Positions 38,768-51,806 of a DNA stretch of 64,000 nt are shown piece after piece (the stretch's first letter is position 1; each line of letters starts with the position of its first letter). Position numbers and translations under genes: made by a program. The stretch spans positions 69,874,001 through 69,938,000 of the forward strand of contig OX597831.1 of assembly GCA_951406725.2 (NCBI GenBank), given 5' to 3'. Below the pieces are notes generated by a model. It worked only from the letters and a program-made list of their open reading frames with translations. It was not told the DNA's origin and searched no databases. The DNA comes from Octopus vulgaris (lineage: Eukaryota).

Positions 38768-38807
38768 TCTGTGTTTATGAATATGTGTTTATTTTCTATT
38801 TATATTA

Positions 38808-39080
38808 AAATTGCTTTGCAAATGAGTAAGAAAGATAATGCAATGTCATAACCTTATATGGTTAATGGACGGGGGGGGGGGTAGTATGGTTGAATAACAT
38901 TGTTTAAAGGTGTTAAGTCATGATGATGATGATGATGATGATGTTGATAATGATGAGGATGATGATGATGATGACTTAACACCTTTATACATCTTTAATC
39001 AACCAAACTACCCCATCAGTCCATCAACCATATAAGGTTATGGCTTTGCTTTATCTTTCTTATTCATTTGCAAAGCAGTT
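38808..39080. repeat. Aged fold-back inverted repeat, about 110-bp arms around a (GAT)n spacer
   Basis: TGCTTTGCAAATGAGTAAGAAAGATAA...TAAAGGTGTTAAGTCAT versus ATGACTTAACACCTTTA...TTATCTTTCTTATTCATTTGCAAAGCA. Confidence 0.9.
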
Positions 39081-40601
39081 TCTAAGTGAATAACAATTTT
39101 CTTGGATTATATTATTTATCTGAATTAAAATAGTTTTATTTTATGCTTAGTGGTTTGAATCTTTGATTAAAAACATGTTAAGACACAAGCTACCAAGAGA
39201 CCTTCTGTGCTCAAATTGCAACTGATGACAGCCAAATTTCTCACAACCATATCTTAACTTACCATCTTAAAGAAAGAAGGATATACATTGTTCTGTAGGC
39301 TTAGATCACTATTGCTAAAAAATTAAGAGGAAATGGTTAAATATGGAATGTTGTATAGCATTGTTCTGCTTGACGAGGCTTCCCTAAATTAAGTAACAAC
39401 AGCCTGTTAAGATTTGTAAAATATTGTTATTACACGCAATATGATGATTAGGCAGATTCATTTGTCATTCATTACATATATTTTAGTGAAGCATTCTTCC
39501 ATATTTCTGCAACTTCTGGGACGGTAATACATTAGCAAATAACTACAAACATTTCATTAGAATCTTTTCACATGAGCAATGTAATTAAGTTGAGTGAGAT
39601 AATTTAGCAAAGCAAATTTCATTTCTTTCTAATGCTATTTCTGGATGATGTCAAAATTCCAAGAGGTAGAACAGGTAGAGAATGTTATTATTAAGTTTCC
39701 TTCAAATTTTTACGTCTATTTTCAGCAAATTGAAAGTTTTCCTTTCCATAATTTTGTGTAATTGAAATCCATTTTCACCAATATTCTTTAAAACTAGCAC
39801 TGTCTTTATTTCTTTGAACAATCTACTATTTTGGAAGATATGTCTATCAGTGGTTGTTGGACTTATTATTCTTATTTATGTTCAATTATGAACTGAATAT
39901 TGATTTTGAAAACTGCCATCAATTTTCTAAATGCTGATTTATTTCTGTGATGCCACACTTTTATGTCCTGGTCAACATGGTAACAGATCACACTATCTCA
40001 ATTTTCTCATGCAAAATAAAATTCTTCTTACCCGTGTCTTTCATAGAATGTACACACATAACTACTCAAAGAACTAATAAACATTTTTTTTTTTTTTCAA
40101 GGACAATGATGGTTATAAATGAATGCAAATCAATAAATTAACAATTGGTTTCTGATAAAGTTCTATCAAGAAGATATTCAATACAGACAACATTCTGATT
40201 TTCATGAAATGGAAACAAAAGCAAAATTAATCATTTTAAGTCTTCTGCTTTTTAATAACTGAATTAATGGTAGCACCAGTCAGCTCCCTTTGTTAGAATT
40301 TTAGTGTAGAGTGATTCCGGTGTTGGTGTACTAGTAGTTATGAAAGTAAAAATAACAAACATTTATGTTTGCAAATGTAGGGGTTCTTAAATTCACTATT
40401 TACTGTGAAAGTAGAAGAGAAATAAAACATGGACATAATACCATTAACACTATCTCTCTTCCTTTGTGTCAGCATGAACCCAAATTAAAAAGAAATGAAA
40501 TTTTTAGAGAATTTGGAATAACAATGGCAAAGTTGCTTGCTTTCTAAAGGAAACAAGTAAATACTGTAAAAAATTGGCAACTCGTCTAAAAAGTACAGTA
40601 A

Positions 40602-40710
40602 ACCATCTACAGTACAGCAAACAAACTGTACCATCTACAGTACAGCAAACAAACTGTACCATCTACAGTACAGCAAACAAACTGTACCATCTACAGTACA
40701 GCAAACAAAC
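40602..40710. repeat. 28-bp minisatellite, about 3.9 copies
   Basis: ACCATCTACAGTACAGCAAACAAACTGT starting at 40602, 40630, 40658 and 40686. Confidence 0.95.
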
Positions 40711-40856
40711 ATTTCAGTACCTTAAAAAAGAACTCACATCTTATCAGGATGTTATCTCTGAGAGGAATAGTTTCTACGAAGCTATTTCATATTGTACCTT
40801 CTGAAAAGAGTCTTCAGTTGGTTTCTATGAGTTATCTTTCTCTCTCACTCACTCAC

Positions 40857-41119
40857 TCCATCCATCCATCCATCCATCCACCCACCCACCCACACCCACC
40901 CACCAACCCATCCATCCATCCATCCATCCACCCCCCCACCCACCCACCCATACCCACCCACCTACCAACCCATCCATCCATCCATCCATCCATCCATACA
41001 CCCACCCACCCACCCATACCCACCCACCCACCAACCCATCCATCCATCCATCCATCCATCCATCCATCCATCCATCCATCCATCCATCCATCCATCCATC
41101 CATCCATCCATCCATCCAT
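40857..41119. repeat. (CCAT)n/(CCAC)n compound microsatellite
   Basis: Direct reading; explains the MDGW ORFs. Confidence 0.95.
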
Positions 41120-43079
41120 TGTAAGTGCAACTCTTATTATGAACATGCCACATGTACAGAAGTACCAGTAAAATATCCTCCTCCTCCTCCCCATCATCCT
41201 CATCCTCATTATCGCCGACAATATTTTTGGTAAGTAGGTCAAAGGAACGACAGTTCCATTTCCTAGACTCTTGAGAGCAGTACCATTACTATTCAGTTTC
41301 AACTTTTATAAGTTGACATCTGAAGTGAAAAGATTAATGTCTGGTAAAGTTCATGGGTTCATGGATTAGTACAGGGCCTGGGATGAGATGTGAGGCATAA
41401 TAAGGATGGTGGCAACCAGGAAGATATGAGGATTAACTGTTCTTGAACAGAAAAAACACAAAGAGTGGAACAAAATGTCAGTGGGTAAGATGTAGTGCAG
41501 TACAGTAGTCAGGGTATATTTGCCATTCAATAAAATAACTTTCTTTTGAATCTAGTGTACAATGATTTCATGTATAGCAGCACTTGAAGTAATTCATAAA
41601 TTACTATCAGCACCAGTGACAACAACAAAGCCAGCCAACCAATTGAAAAACCTTTATGATAATCCTTCCATCTACTAGAAATATTAAGCCACCAAATTTC
41701 CCTCAAACGCAGCCTACTATCTTAAAAGGAAGAGATGCATCACAGAATTTAGTCCAGCATACATAACATCCAAATAAAAGATGCAATTAAATGCAATTTA
41801 AATAAATTTTTTAAAATGCAATAATCCTAAATTAAATGCCTTTAGTCGTAAGGTGTGCTCAACTAGGGTTGATCCGAGGTTGAATAAAAACAATAAATAC
41901 AGCAGCAACTGCAATGAAGAGGGAAGTTCTATGCAGTTGTTTGATCTGCTGGAAATGGTAGGTAAATTTCTCTCAAAGCATGCTGCAGTCTTAACAATTA
42001 AAAAGGGCAACATTAATAACAGAAAGAAACTCCTAATAATGCACAAAAAATACCAGTTAGTCTGAAGTGGAATCATAAATCTGCTCAATTATCATAGGTT
42101 TCTCAATGAGGCTTGATATTGGGCTATATAACATCTTCGTCACAGCAATTACAATTACTAAAAACATTATCATGACCACAATTATCATCAGCAGCATCAC
42201 CCTACAGTCAATATTATAACCTGGAGCAAAGGAACTACTGTGGTCATCTGAATTGCAAGAAATAACAACCACAATTCCTTCGATCATTCATTATTATCAT
42301 AAAACAGAAAGGAAGCAGACATTGTAATGCTGAATATACAAAACAACAGCATGGTCAGTGCAAGAATAGTTTCAATTAAGATTGCTGAGAGCAGCAGTGG
42401 AAGCTAAGCTGGCCCTGTAGCAGGGCAACCTAGTAAGGGTCCAAACTATAAGCTCCTGAAAGTTCTAGATTATGAACAATTTACTTTAACATTTCAAGTT
42501 GTAATACCACTAAGTTATGGCTTAAAGAGTCATGTTAATCCTGAAGATTATGGGCAGAAATAAAAAAATTTAAAAAATTGAGTCCTTATTGTACATGCGT
42601 GGTTTTGTGCATGTGCACTTCCTAATAACTTTTGTAATAATGCTTATTTTTTAAATGAAATTTCTCACCGATTCATATTTGATACATAATTACAATAATG
42701 CTTGTGCAATTAGAATATATGCATGATTAAGAATTTTATGAGGAAATGCATGCTAATCCAAACAAGTGCAATAACTGGTATTTTATTTTCTATTTTGAAT
42801 TTAAACGATAAACTCTGGGATACTCAAAGCTGATTTCCCTTGTGGAATTTTCTGCAGTGAAAGGACTTCAGCAATCAAAAATGTCTTTTTGAGAAAAGAA
42901 AAAGTATAAACATCTGCTCAGTTAATTGGATGATTTATTGGAACATAAATATAATGTCAGAAATTCCTTTAGAAATTTTAAGTAATGTAGAAGGGAAAAT
43001 TATCATGATTAAATGAAATGAATCTTACAAGCTTTTTTCAGAAGTAAATGTTTCATTTCACTAAAGTTAATTTGCCCTG

Positions 43080-44200
43080 CAAATATACTTTCGATACTAA
43101 GGGTAGCTCGGTCATTCTGTCTTTTCTATGTCATTTTGCTCTTCACGAAGTCATGAAGTTTTAACATGCTGAAAGATCTTTCTGTAGATGCTACCTTCAC
43201 TGGTCTTATGCCAAATATTCACTGTGCAATCTATACAAGTGGGAAAATGTCCTTTAATTTATGTCCTTTTTATTATATTTTAAAAATGTGCAGCTGTATA
43301 TCTTCCCCAAAGTTTGATACATGTTTTGTTTTAAAGCACCTTATTTTCTCTGGCATAGATTCTGGGAGATCATTTGTGTATTTGTCCAATAATCTTGTAC
43401 ATGCAAAGTTAAGTTCATCAGCTGTCATGTTTCTATACTGCCATGGAATGCTCTTTTGAACAACATCAAGTGAAATTCTCCAAACTTTGCAAACATTTTA
43501 TATAAGTAACGACCTGTGGAGGAATACGATTGCCACAACATGCACAGATGCTGCTGCTAACATGACAAGAGAACACAATCTGTTTTTTTCCAGAGACAAA
43601 CAACTGCATAAAAACAATTTTCTCTAGATTATCAATATTAAATATCATTAAAACCAATTTATTATATATAAAATTATTTTCTCAATGATTTAATACATCA
43701 AAAACTACTTACAAAATCTTGCTGTTGCACTCAAAAACTTACTGACTGTTTCATGGAAAGGTTCATAGAATTGTACTGAAGCTTTGTACAGAAATAATTG
43801 ATTTTCCCTTATCATAGTGAAATCAGAATTAGTTTCTTGATTGAGGAAAAGATTGTTTTTCATTTATCTTATTTCACTGATGTCTTGATAAAGTCAATGC
43901 TCTAAACTTGTCCCTCTAAGGAAAGCATTCATATCTGGTTTTATAAACTGGAAAAAAATTAGAGCATTGTGTGAGAAAACCCAATAAAATGGTATATGGA
44001 ATTATCAGAAAGGAATTATCCGTTATTTCCTTTTCTGCAAACATTTCAGAAGCCACAATTAGTAAATGCTACCAAAAAATGCCACTTTTGAAGATTTAAA
44101 TGTTTGATTTGTTACCTTTTAGTAATGCGTTAGTTTGTATGATATGGAAAATATTCTCCAAAAGTTATGGGAAGAAATTATTGGAATGAAATTTGATACT
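43080..44200 (-). mobile_element. Decayed hAT transposase, C-terminal dimerisation domain
   Basis: Minus strand LKDIFPLV*IAQ*IFGIRPVKVASTERSFSMLKL...KMT*KRQNDRATLSIES at about 43085-43260 matches the hAT dimerisation motif; upstream extent uncertain. Confidence 0.75.
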
Positions 44201-45509
44201 ACTCTAAAACTATTATTACAGTTTTTTTTAATTTTCAAAGTGTTTCAAGTGAATTTGTACCTACTTAACAGAACCCACATTACTCAAAGATGGCAATATG
44301 TTGTGTGGACGCCCCCAGACGATGAAGTAGGCTAGCCCAATACGTAGAAATAGAGAGAGAAGTCTAGACGTCAAGGTAGACTAGAACAGAGTAGAGTTGA
44401 GTAGAAGGCATTCGAATGTGCAACATAACACAATACAAATCCTGCTTCCATCCGGCTTAGTATGAAAAATGCTTTTCAGTTTTAGCGAATAGGAAACTAA
44501 ATATGATACTTGATTAACATAACTAGATTTATTATAGGCTTTTATTTGTGAGTATTTTACTCACAGTTCATTTACATACATAGTTTACCTACTTTTTTCA
44601 ATTTGTCCAAAACTACAGCAAAGAAAATAATAAGCATACAAACTCTATTTTGTATCTTCATTAGTGGAGAATCAAGTATTTGGCTGTTTGAGACCTGCTG
44701 GTTTGGATTACTTAAAGATATTGGGAGTCAATTAATCGATCATAAAGTTCTTACTGTGGTAGCTAAGATAATTGGTCACGTGGCTAAAGTTGTTCATTCA
44801 TCACATAGTTTGGGTTCAAAACTAATAACCTCACTGGTAATGGGATCAGAGGCATCTAACTCTTATGCTAGGCAATTAAAAATCTGCTCAGATTCAGGCT
44901 GCTTGAGTTGGTAGCAGGTATCAGTTTTGTTTCAGGGAGCTTAATAATGTAGTTAGAAGTTATGGCAGGGCACCCACTCCTTTTAGCAGCTATAATCTTT
45001 GTACACAGATTTAAAGAATGAGAAATGATTTATTTTTCTACAACATATTAGATATTTGCGCAATGTGTTCAAATAAGTTTTATTTGAGATACATCAACTA
45101 AAGTCAAAATAGACGAATACTAGGTAATATAAAAATTCCTATGTACATATATATATATGTGTATCTGTGGATGTAAATGTGTTTGCTTAAATGTTTTTAT
45201 TTTTATATTTTTATAAGGTTCTTCCTATTTTAATATTGCATTTTCCATTAGTGAGATTTCAGATGGAAATTTACTTGCAATTTTCAGTAGATCAAGCAAC
45301 AGCATAGAACATCTATTATTAATGACCTTAGAATTTTTGAGGGCCAATCTTACATTGCAGAATATTTAATATTTAGCAAAGCTGATGATAATCATTTTTT
45401 CTTCTTATAAATATTAATTAATAAATATGTTTGTAATAGACATGGCATTTGCTAGTTGATGCACGAGGGAAAGAGAAAATGCTAAATAATTGAGTTTTGG
45501 AATTACATT

Positions 45510-45635
45510 GGTTCGGCAAAAGAGACAGATAGAATAAGTACTGGGCTTACAAAGAATAAATCCTGGGGTTGATTTGTTTGACTAAAGGTGATGCCCCAGC
45601 ATGACCGCAGTCAAATGACTGAAACAAGTTAAAAT
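45510..45635 (+). mobile_element. 3' end of the second SINE family
   Basis: GGTTCGGCAAAAGAGAC...CAGTCAAATGACTGAAACAAG. Confidence 0.8.
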
Positions 45636-45908
45636 AGAAAGTAATTAAGGAAGAAAAACCAGCTCAAGGATTAGCTGAATGTTTCTTGATAGCTTGCTTT
45701 CTCCAAATTAATGATAAGCGATGGGATACAGCAAGTATAAGATGAAATATACATTTAATTTCCATTTTATAAAAGATTCACATGAAATAAGTAGATGCAC
45801 ATGCTGTTTTTCTACATTAAATCTTGAGCGAAATAAAATTATCCTTGTTGCTCAAAGTTTATAATGATGATGATGACAACAATTTTAGCAATGCTCTAAT
45901 GAAATGTA

Positions 45909-45955
<47 letters not shown>

Positions 45956-46009
45956 ACACACACACACAAACACACACACACACAAACACACACACACTTG
46001 ATCCTTCTT

Positions 46010-46530
46010 GGTGGCATGTAAAAAGCACCATCCGATCGTGGCCGTTGCTAGCCTCGTCTGGCCTCCGTGCTGGTGGCATGTAAAAAGCACTATCCGATCA
46101 TGGCCGTTTGCCAGTCCCGCCTGGCACGTAAAAAGCCCCCACTACACTCACGGAGTGGTTGGCGTTAGGAAGAGCATCCAGCTGTAGAAACACTGCCAGA
46201 TCAGACTGGAGCCTGGTGCAGCCTTCTGGCTTCCCAGACCCCAGTTGAACCATCCAACCAATGCTAGCATGGAAAGCGGATGTTAACCCTTTAGTGTTCA
46301 GATTATTCAATCAAACATAATGGCTATTGATTCCCATTGATTTGAATTAATCATGCATTATCTCATATCTTCAAGATCTTGATGGTGTAATTACTTAATG
46401 TAGAATAACATTGTAGGGTAGGTGTGAGAGCCTGGATCTGGTCAGTTTGAACATAAAACAGATTAACTATTTTGACCTGATATGGCCGGTTTAAATACTA
46501 AAGAGTTAAACGAGGATGATGATGATGACG
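46010..46530 (+). mobile_element. RTE-like 3' end interrupted by a TTAA MITE
   Basis: Tail ...GCGGATGTTAA resumes as TTAAACGAGGATGATG after the insert. Confidence 0.8.
46287..46505. mobile_element. piggyBac-type MITE
   Basis: TTAA duplicated at 46283-46286 and 46506-46509; termini CCCTTTAGTGTT and AATACTAAAGAG. Confidence 0.85.
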
Positions 46531-47012
46531 TACATGTTTATTTTCTTTGCTGGCATTAGTTGGACAATATACACAACAAACAATGAAGGATTATCCCTCT
46601 AGGCAAAATACTTCATAAGCTCTCTGATGGCAAACCAGGCTAACAGTATTTCTTAGATTAGTGAAGAAGTCCAGATAATCTTTTGGTAGGGTCCAAGGTT
46701 ATGGTTCATCACAATTCTATATTGTAAATCTGTGGATGGGCTTCAGGCAAACTGGATTTGTGCACAGAGTGATATATAAGAAACATATTAGAAATAATGG
46801 TCATTACATCCTCTATTGGAACTTACTGCAAACTTGGAAACAGTTGTAAGTCAAGGAAAAGTATGTAATTACCATTATTTTTGGCTTGTTTCTTATACAT
46901 ATACATATATACATACATCCCTATCTATCAGTCTATCTTTCTATCTATCTCTATATATATATGTATGTAAATGTGTGTGTGTGTGTGTACATATGTGTGT
47001 ATGTATATATGC

Positions 47013-47067
<55 letters not shown>

Positions 47068-47125
47068 TATTCATATATATATATATGTATATATATATAT
47101 ACATATACATATTCATATATATTTA

Positions 47126-47171
<46 letters not shown>

Positions 47172-47200
47172 CGCATATATATATATATATATATATATAT

Positions 47201-47825
47201 AAATTCAACAACATTTGAGGAACGGCCTCAATAGGCCATTAGACCCACTAGAAAGAGCAGCCAAGACTCAAACCGCCAAGTAGTAGTAATTCAGAAATTA
47301 ACGGAAAATTAAAAAAACATTTACCCTATTTATCTTTAGACAATGCATTGTTTCGACGTTTTTAATGGCAAACCAGCCTAATTAAATTAAATTAAACTTA
47401 ATCAAGTCAATCTACCAAAGGCTACGTCTCATCGGTAAAGAAGCCAGGAGGGACAGATATACACGAGGCAGCAGTATCTATGCCCCGGGAATATCTGCCC
47501 TAAAATTTTCAAAACCACCGTAATCGCGCAAACTTATCAGCAGCAAATATAAACTGCTGATTCAATTTCAGAATTAGTCAGAAAATCATCAATTAATCAA
47601 TCAATATAGGGTAGCAAAAAATGCAATAGAAATTTTTTCGCCACCAGCAGTCTAGTGAGAAAGAGAAAATAGTCAGAGACTATATATATAAATTCAACAA
47701 CAATTGAGGAACGGCCTCAATAGGCCATTCGACCCACTAGAAAGAGCAGCCAAGACTCAAACCGCCAAGTAGCAGTAATTCAGAAATTAAAGGAAAATTA
47801 AAAAACATTTACCCTATTCATCTTA
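47201..47825 (-). mobile_element. Retrozyme-like element: 489-nt unit plus about 135-bp terminal redundancy, in (TA)n
   Basis: Direct repeats 47201-47336 and 47690-47824; internal hammerhead; no ORF. Confidence 0.75.
47333..47441 (-). ncRNA. Type I hammerhead ribozyme with long stem II insertion and a CCGAUGA core variant
   Basis: TCTTTA-CCGATGA-GACGT-(about 65 nt, inner AGCCT/AGGCT stem)-ACGTC-GAAA-CAATGCATTG-TC-TAAAGA; all three stems pair, GUC cleavage triplet. Confidence 0.8.
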
Positions 47826-49240
47826 TATATATATATATATATATATACGCACACATATTCAACGGGAAGGTTGAGTATATGTATATTTAGATATACATTT
47901 ATACATGTTTACATAGATACTCACATATATGTATACACTTATATATATATAACAAACTATAAACTATATAAGTTTATAGTTTGTTAAATTGCCAAGCAGT
48001 TGTGGAGAAAAATAATACAAAATTATAAATCCTCTTGTTTTCAGTGGTCAATATTTTTGTTATTGCTGTTGCTGTTCCTGTTATTGTTGTTATTGTCCTC
48101 GTTGTTAATCTCATATATCTCCAAAATCTTATACAATCACAATCTTTTGCAAGATTTCAGACTCTCTTGAGGAATATTCTTGGGCCACATAATTAGAGCC
48201 AAGGTTGTTTCTATTATGGTCAGTAACTGCAATACAGAGAAGTCTTAATTCTTCACACTATTTGATACGGTTACAGATAACAATGAATAGAACTGTTAAG
48301 AACCAATAAATGAAGATTTATGACATTCTTGGATACTTTGCATTGAATTTCTCACTATTGACTTTTGATGTTTTTTTGAAACTGAGATATGAGCTGAGGT
48401 CTCTTCAGGATTGCAAATATTATTTAATAATGGAAATAAGAAGAAAAAAGTAAAAGAAGCCATGTAAAGTTAGAATAAAGATTTTGTTTTTATTCTCTCA
48501 ATATATCCAATCCTCATTTAAACAATTGCATGATATCTTCTCTAGTAATCTATTTAAAAGACTCTATTCAACAGTTTCATTCCTACTGTTTCATTCCTAA
48601 ACCTTGGGTGACACTGATTGAGAATCTATTCTAGGTGTAAACATCCCCTCTTCTATACAAGTATAGTGAATTTATGACTGCAATCTACTGCATTTAAAGA
48701 TGGTAAGATGTGATTTGAAAGAAGTTTGGCTGCTATTTCTAGCAAGTCTTGCTATTTTGAAGAAATTCCTTTGTTTGTTTGTTTTAGAAGTGCTGAACAG
48801 ACAGAAAATGAGGAGTTTACCTGAATGGATTTGGACAGGTCAATTGATAGTTTATTGATAGGTGACAATGAACAGATGATCAGTCCATGTGTTATTAACT
48901 ACAGAACAGATATTAAGGGATTTGTTGATAAAGCACCAGTAGGTTTTGTCTTCTTGCTGATAATTTATGCCCTTCGCTCATTTATGTACCCACCAAAGGT
49001 ATATGCATCCATACATCCATACCAATACACACACACTCTCTCTCTTTCTCTCTCTCTCTCGCTCTCTTTGTGTCACACACACACTTAGTTATTTTGAACT
49101 TACTAATTTATAGATTTATTAGTTTACCAATAGAATACATAAGAAAAGATTAACCTCACTTTTTTTGTCACAAACTAAGATGTGACACTGACTAATAGAT
49201 ATGTGTATACAAACCTCATATATATATACACACACACACA

Positions 49241-50147
49241 TACAAGGAGGTACCCGAAGGAAACTGCAATTTTGTAATGTTATTTTATTCACTTGGTTTT
49301 ACATGCTTACACTTTTATTACCCTCAAAATATTCTCCATTTGAAGCAATGCATCAGTCTAGATGTGTTTCCCATTGTTTGAAGCACTCCTGGAACTATTG
49401 TCAAGTGATGCCTTTTAACGCCTCCCTCGCTTTTTTTCTTCACCTCTTCTACATCTGCAAATTCTATAGCACCACCTTTCATCAACAGTGATGACCTTCG
49501 AAGAAAGGTCTGGATCAATTTCCAACTATTCCTTCAGTTCTCAACATGCATTCAGCTGTGACTGCTTTTGATCATCCATGAGCAAGTGACAAATTTTGTT
49601 ACAAATCTTTTCACTCACAATTCTTCATTTAAAATTCGTTGGCAGGAGCTCTAGGACACACCAGTTTTATCAATAAGTTCATCAATTGTCCGTTAGTGGT
49701 CCTTCACAATCAGTTTGTGAATTTTCATGATGTTTTCATTCGTTTGGGAGGTCAAAAGTCACCCTGAACGAGGTTGGTCTTCAAGCAACAAGTGACTATT
49801 CCTAAAGCAGGAAAATCACTCATAAACTTGTGTTTAGCTTATGGCAGCATCTTTGTAAGTTGTTGGAAGTATGAGAACTGTTTTGGTTGATGTTTACCCT
49901 AGCATAAAACAGAATTTCCTAGAAGCACGTTGTTCCTTTGTTTCAGCCATTGGAAAAATTGACAAACTGGGGTGAAGCACTGCAAAACAAAGACGTGCCA
50001 CTTGGCAGTACAACCCCACTTGATACTGCTGGTTGGTAAACTGATGCCTGAGGGTCGTATCAAGTGACTTCTAGCAGCAGAAGCCTGAGCTACAATGGGT
50101 TTGTCCCACAGAGAACGTTTCTAGTTACTATTGAGTATCTCATTGTA
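49241..50147 (-). mobile_element. Second copy of the deleted mariner family (13686-14553)
   Basis: Colinear similarity including the deletion junction (AAATTC.ATAGCACCA...GTGATGA.CTTCG). Confidence 0.85.
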
Positions 50148-50155
50148 TATATATA

Positions 50156-50270
50156 TCACGTGATCACGTGACCGACCAGGCTATCAGATGTTGCTACACA
50201 TCGCTGGTCACAATGCGCTTTGCATTGTTTTAGCCTTCAAACGATGCCACCCCGCTGGCTAAGCGAGCAT
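50156..50270. repeat. CpG-rich interspersed repeat fragment, class unknown
   Basis: TCACGTGATCACGTGACCGACCAGG...GCTAAGCGAGCA stands out from the AT-rich background. Confidence 0.4.
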
Positions 50271-50989
50271 GTATATTGCTGTCTGCTATACCCCTTCACC
50301 ACTATCATGCTATATTTATAACTGGTCATTTCTACATCAATAGCTACTTGATTTACAGTAATCAATTATTTATCATTATTCCTCTAGCTCCATGTCTCCT
50401 CTCATTTCTTTCCACTCATTCACCAATGCCATCCTTCTCTCTCTTTCACACATTTGGTCTATCTTCTTAATGTTACCCTCCCTTCTACCTACTAATGCAT
50501 ATTATTCTAGACTCATGGAGAGAATCATGGAGTACAGTATCTCTACAAGCACTCATATAATGATAAAGTGCATTTCCTAAAGTGCTGGATGAACAAATGG
50601 AGACATCAAAGAATCAAAATTACCTTTAGTCTTATCTTGGCAGGAACAGAACCTCTCCAGAGTTGGTTCCGTGAAAATTTGAAACCCAGTACCCTTTAAC
50701 ATGGTTAGTGGATATGTAGAGACATTGTAAGGTTTACAAAAGTGCCTAAGTGTTTTCTTATTGAGGGCATAGCAACCTTGCTAGTACTAGTATCATGAAA
50801 AAATATGCTTTGTATATTCTGTGAAGTAAATGGCACCAGTAAGGGGTATCAAGCTGTACATACTATGTCAAATAAACTGACTCAGACTGGCACAGTCTGC
50901 AGAAATTGTGCCATACATAGAAAGATGTAAAATGGGTGGTAGAGCTTTTGAATTCAAAAAGGTGAACAAAGTTGTTGTTGGAAAGATGG

Positions 50990-51620
50990 TACATTATATA
51001 ATGGGCTTCTACCAGTTCAACTACAGGATGTCAGAGCTTTAATGCCCAAGGATGGAAAATGTTCATGATATAGTAAATGACTGACAGAGAGTATTTGTCT
51101 GGTTGCACAGCTCTGAATGACTTCCTGTTAATATTCTGAACAAGATGTACGTTCTAGATTAGAGAGGCAAACTGTAAGTGTGGGCATATTAATTACTCAA
51201 TACAGATTTAAATAGAGAACCAATGGACAGTTGACAAAGGTTTTACTGAGTGATGCTATGACATCTTTGGCCATTTTTAATAGTTTTAATTATGTAGTTC
51301 AGCCACCACAGATCATTGTTGACAATAATGCCTAGGTCATATTCATCTTAAGGTTGGTGCCGTGGAGAGAGGAGGTAAATTCTAAGTTTTTCCACCCAGA
51401 ATGTAATGTGAGTTGTCTGACAGCAATCCCTTGCTGCATTGTGTTCAAATTGGGTTGCAGAAAAGATCTGTAGCATATGGGCTCCATTCTTCTTGTCTCA
51501 ATATAGAGCTTAATACCATCTATGTATTATGGTTTAAGTTGGTTTTATTTCATTAATATAGGCTTCTAACAACAGGAGGCCAAGAGCAGAACCCTGTGGA
51601 CACCAGATTTGATCACATAC
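50990..51620 (-). mobile_element. CR1/L2-type reverse transcriptase remnant
   Basis: Minus strand fragments IKSGV-QGSALG-LL...YIN, EYDLGIIVNNDLWW and IQSCATRQI. Confidence 0.65.
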
Positions 51621-51766
51621 AGGGGAGAATGTTGTCCCAGAACCATAACTATATGCATGTATATTTATGTGTGTATATGTATTATGCATATATGTATGTA
51701 TGCCTATATGTGTATTTATATCTATCTTTATCTATACACACAAATATATGTGTGTATTTGTATGTA

Positions 51767-51806
<40 letters not shown>

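Noticed and set aside
48788-48950. Exon candidate after a strong acceptor
   Set aside because: In-frame stop in the longer frame and a weak donor in the other.
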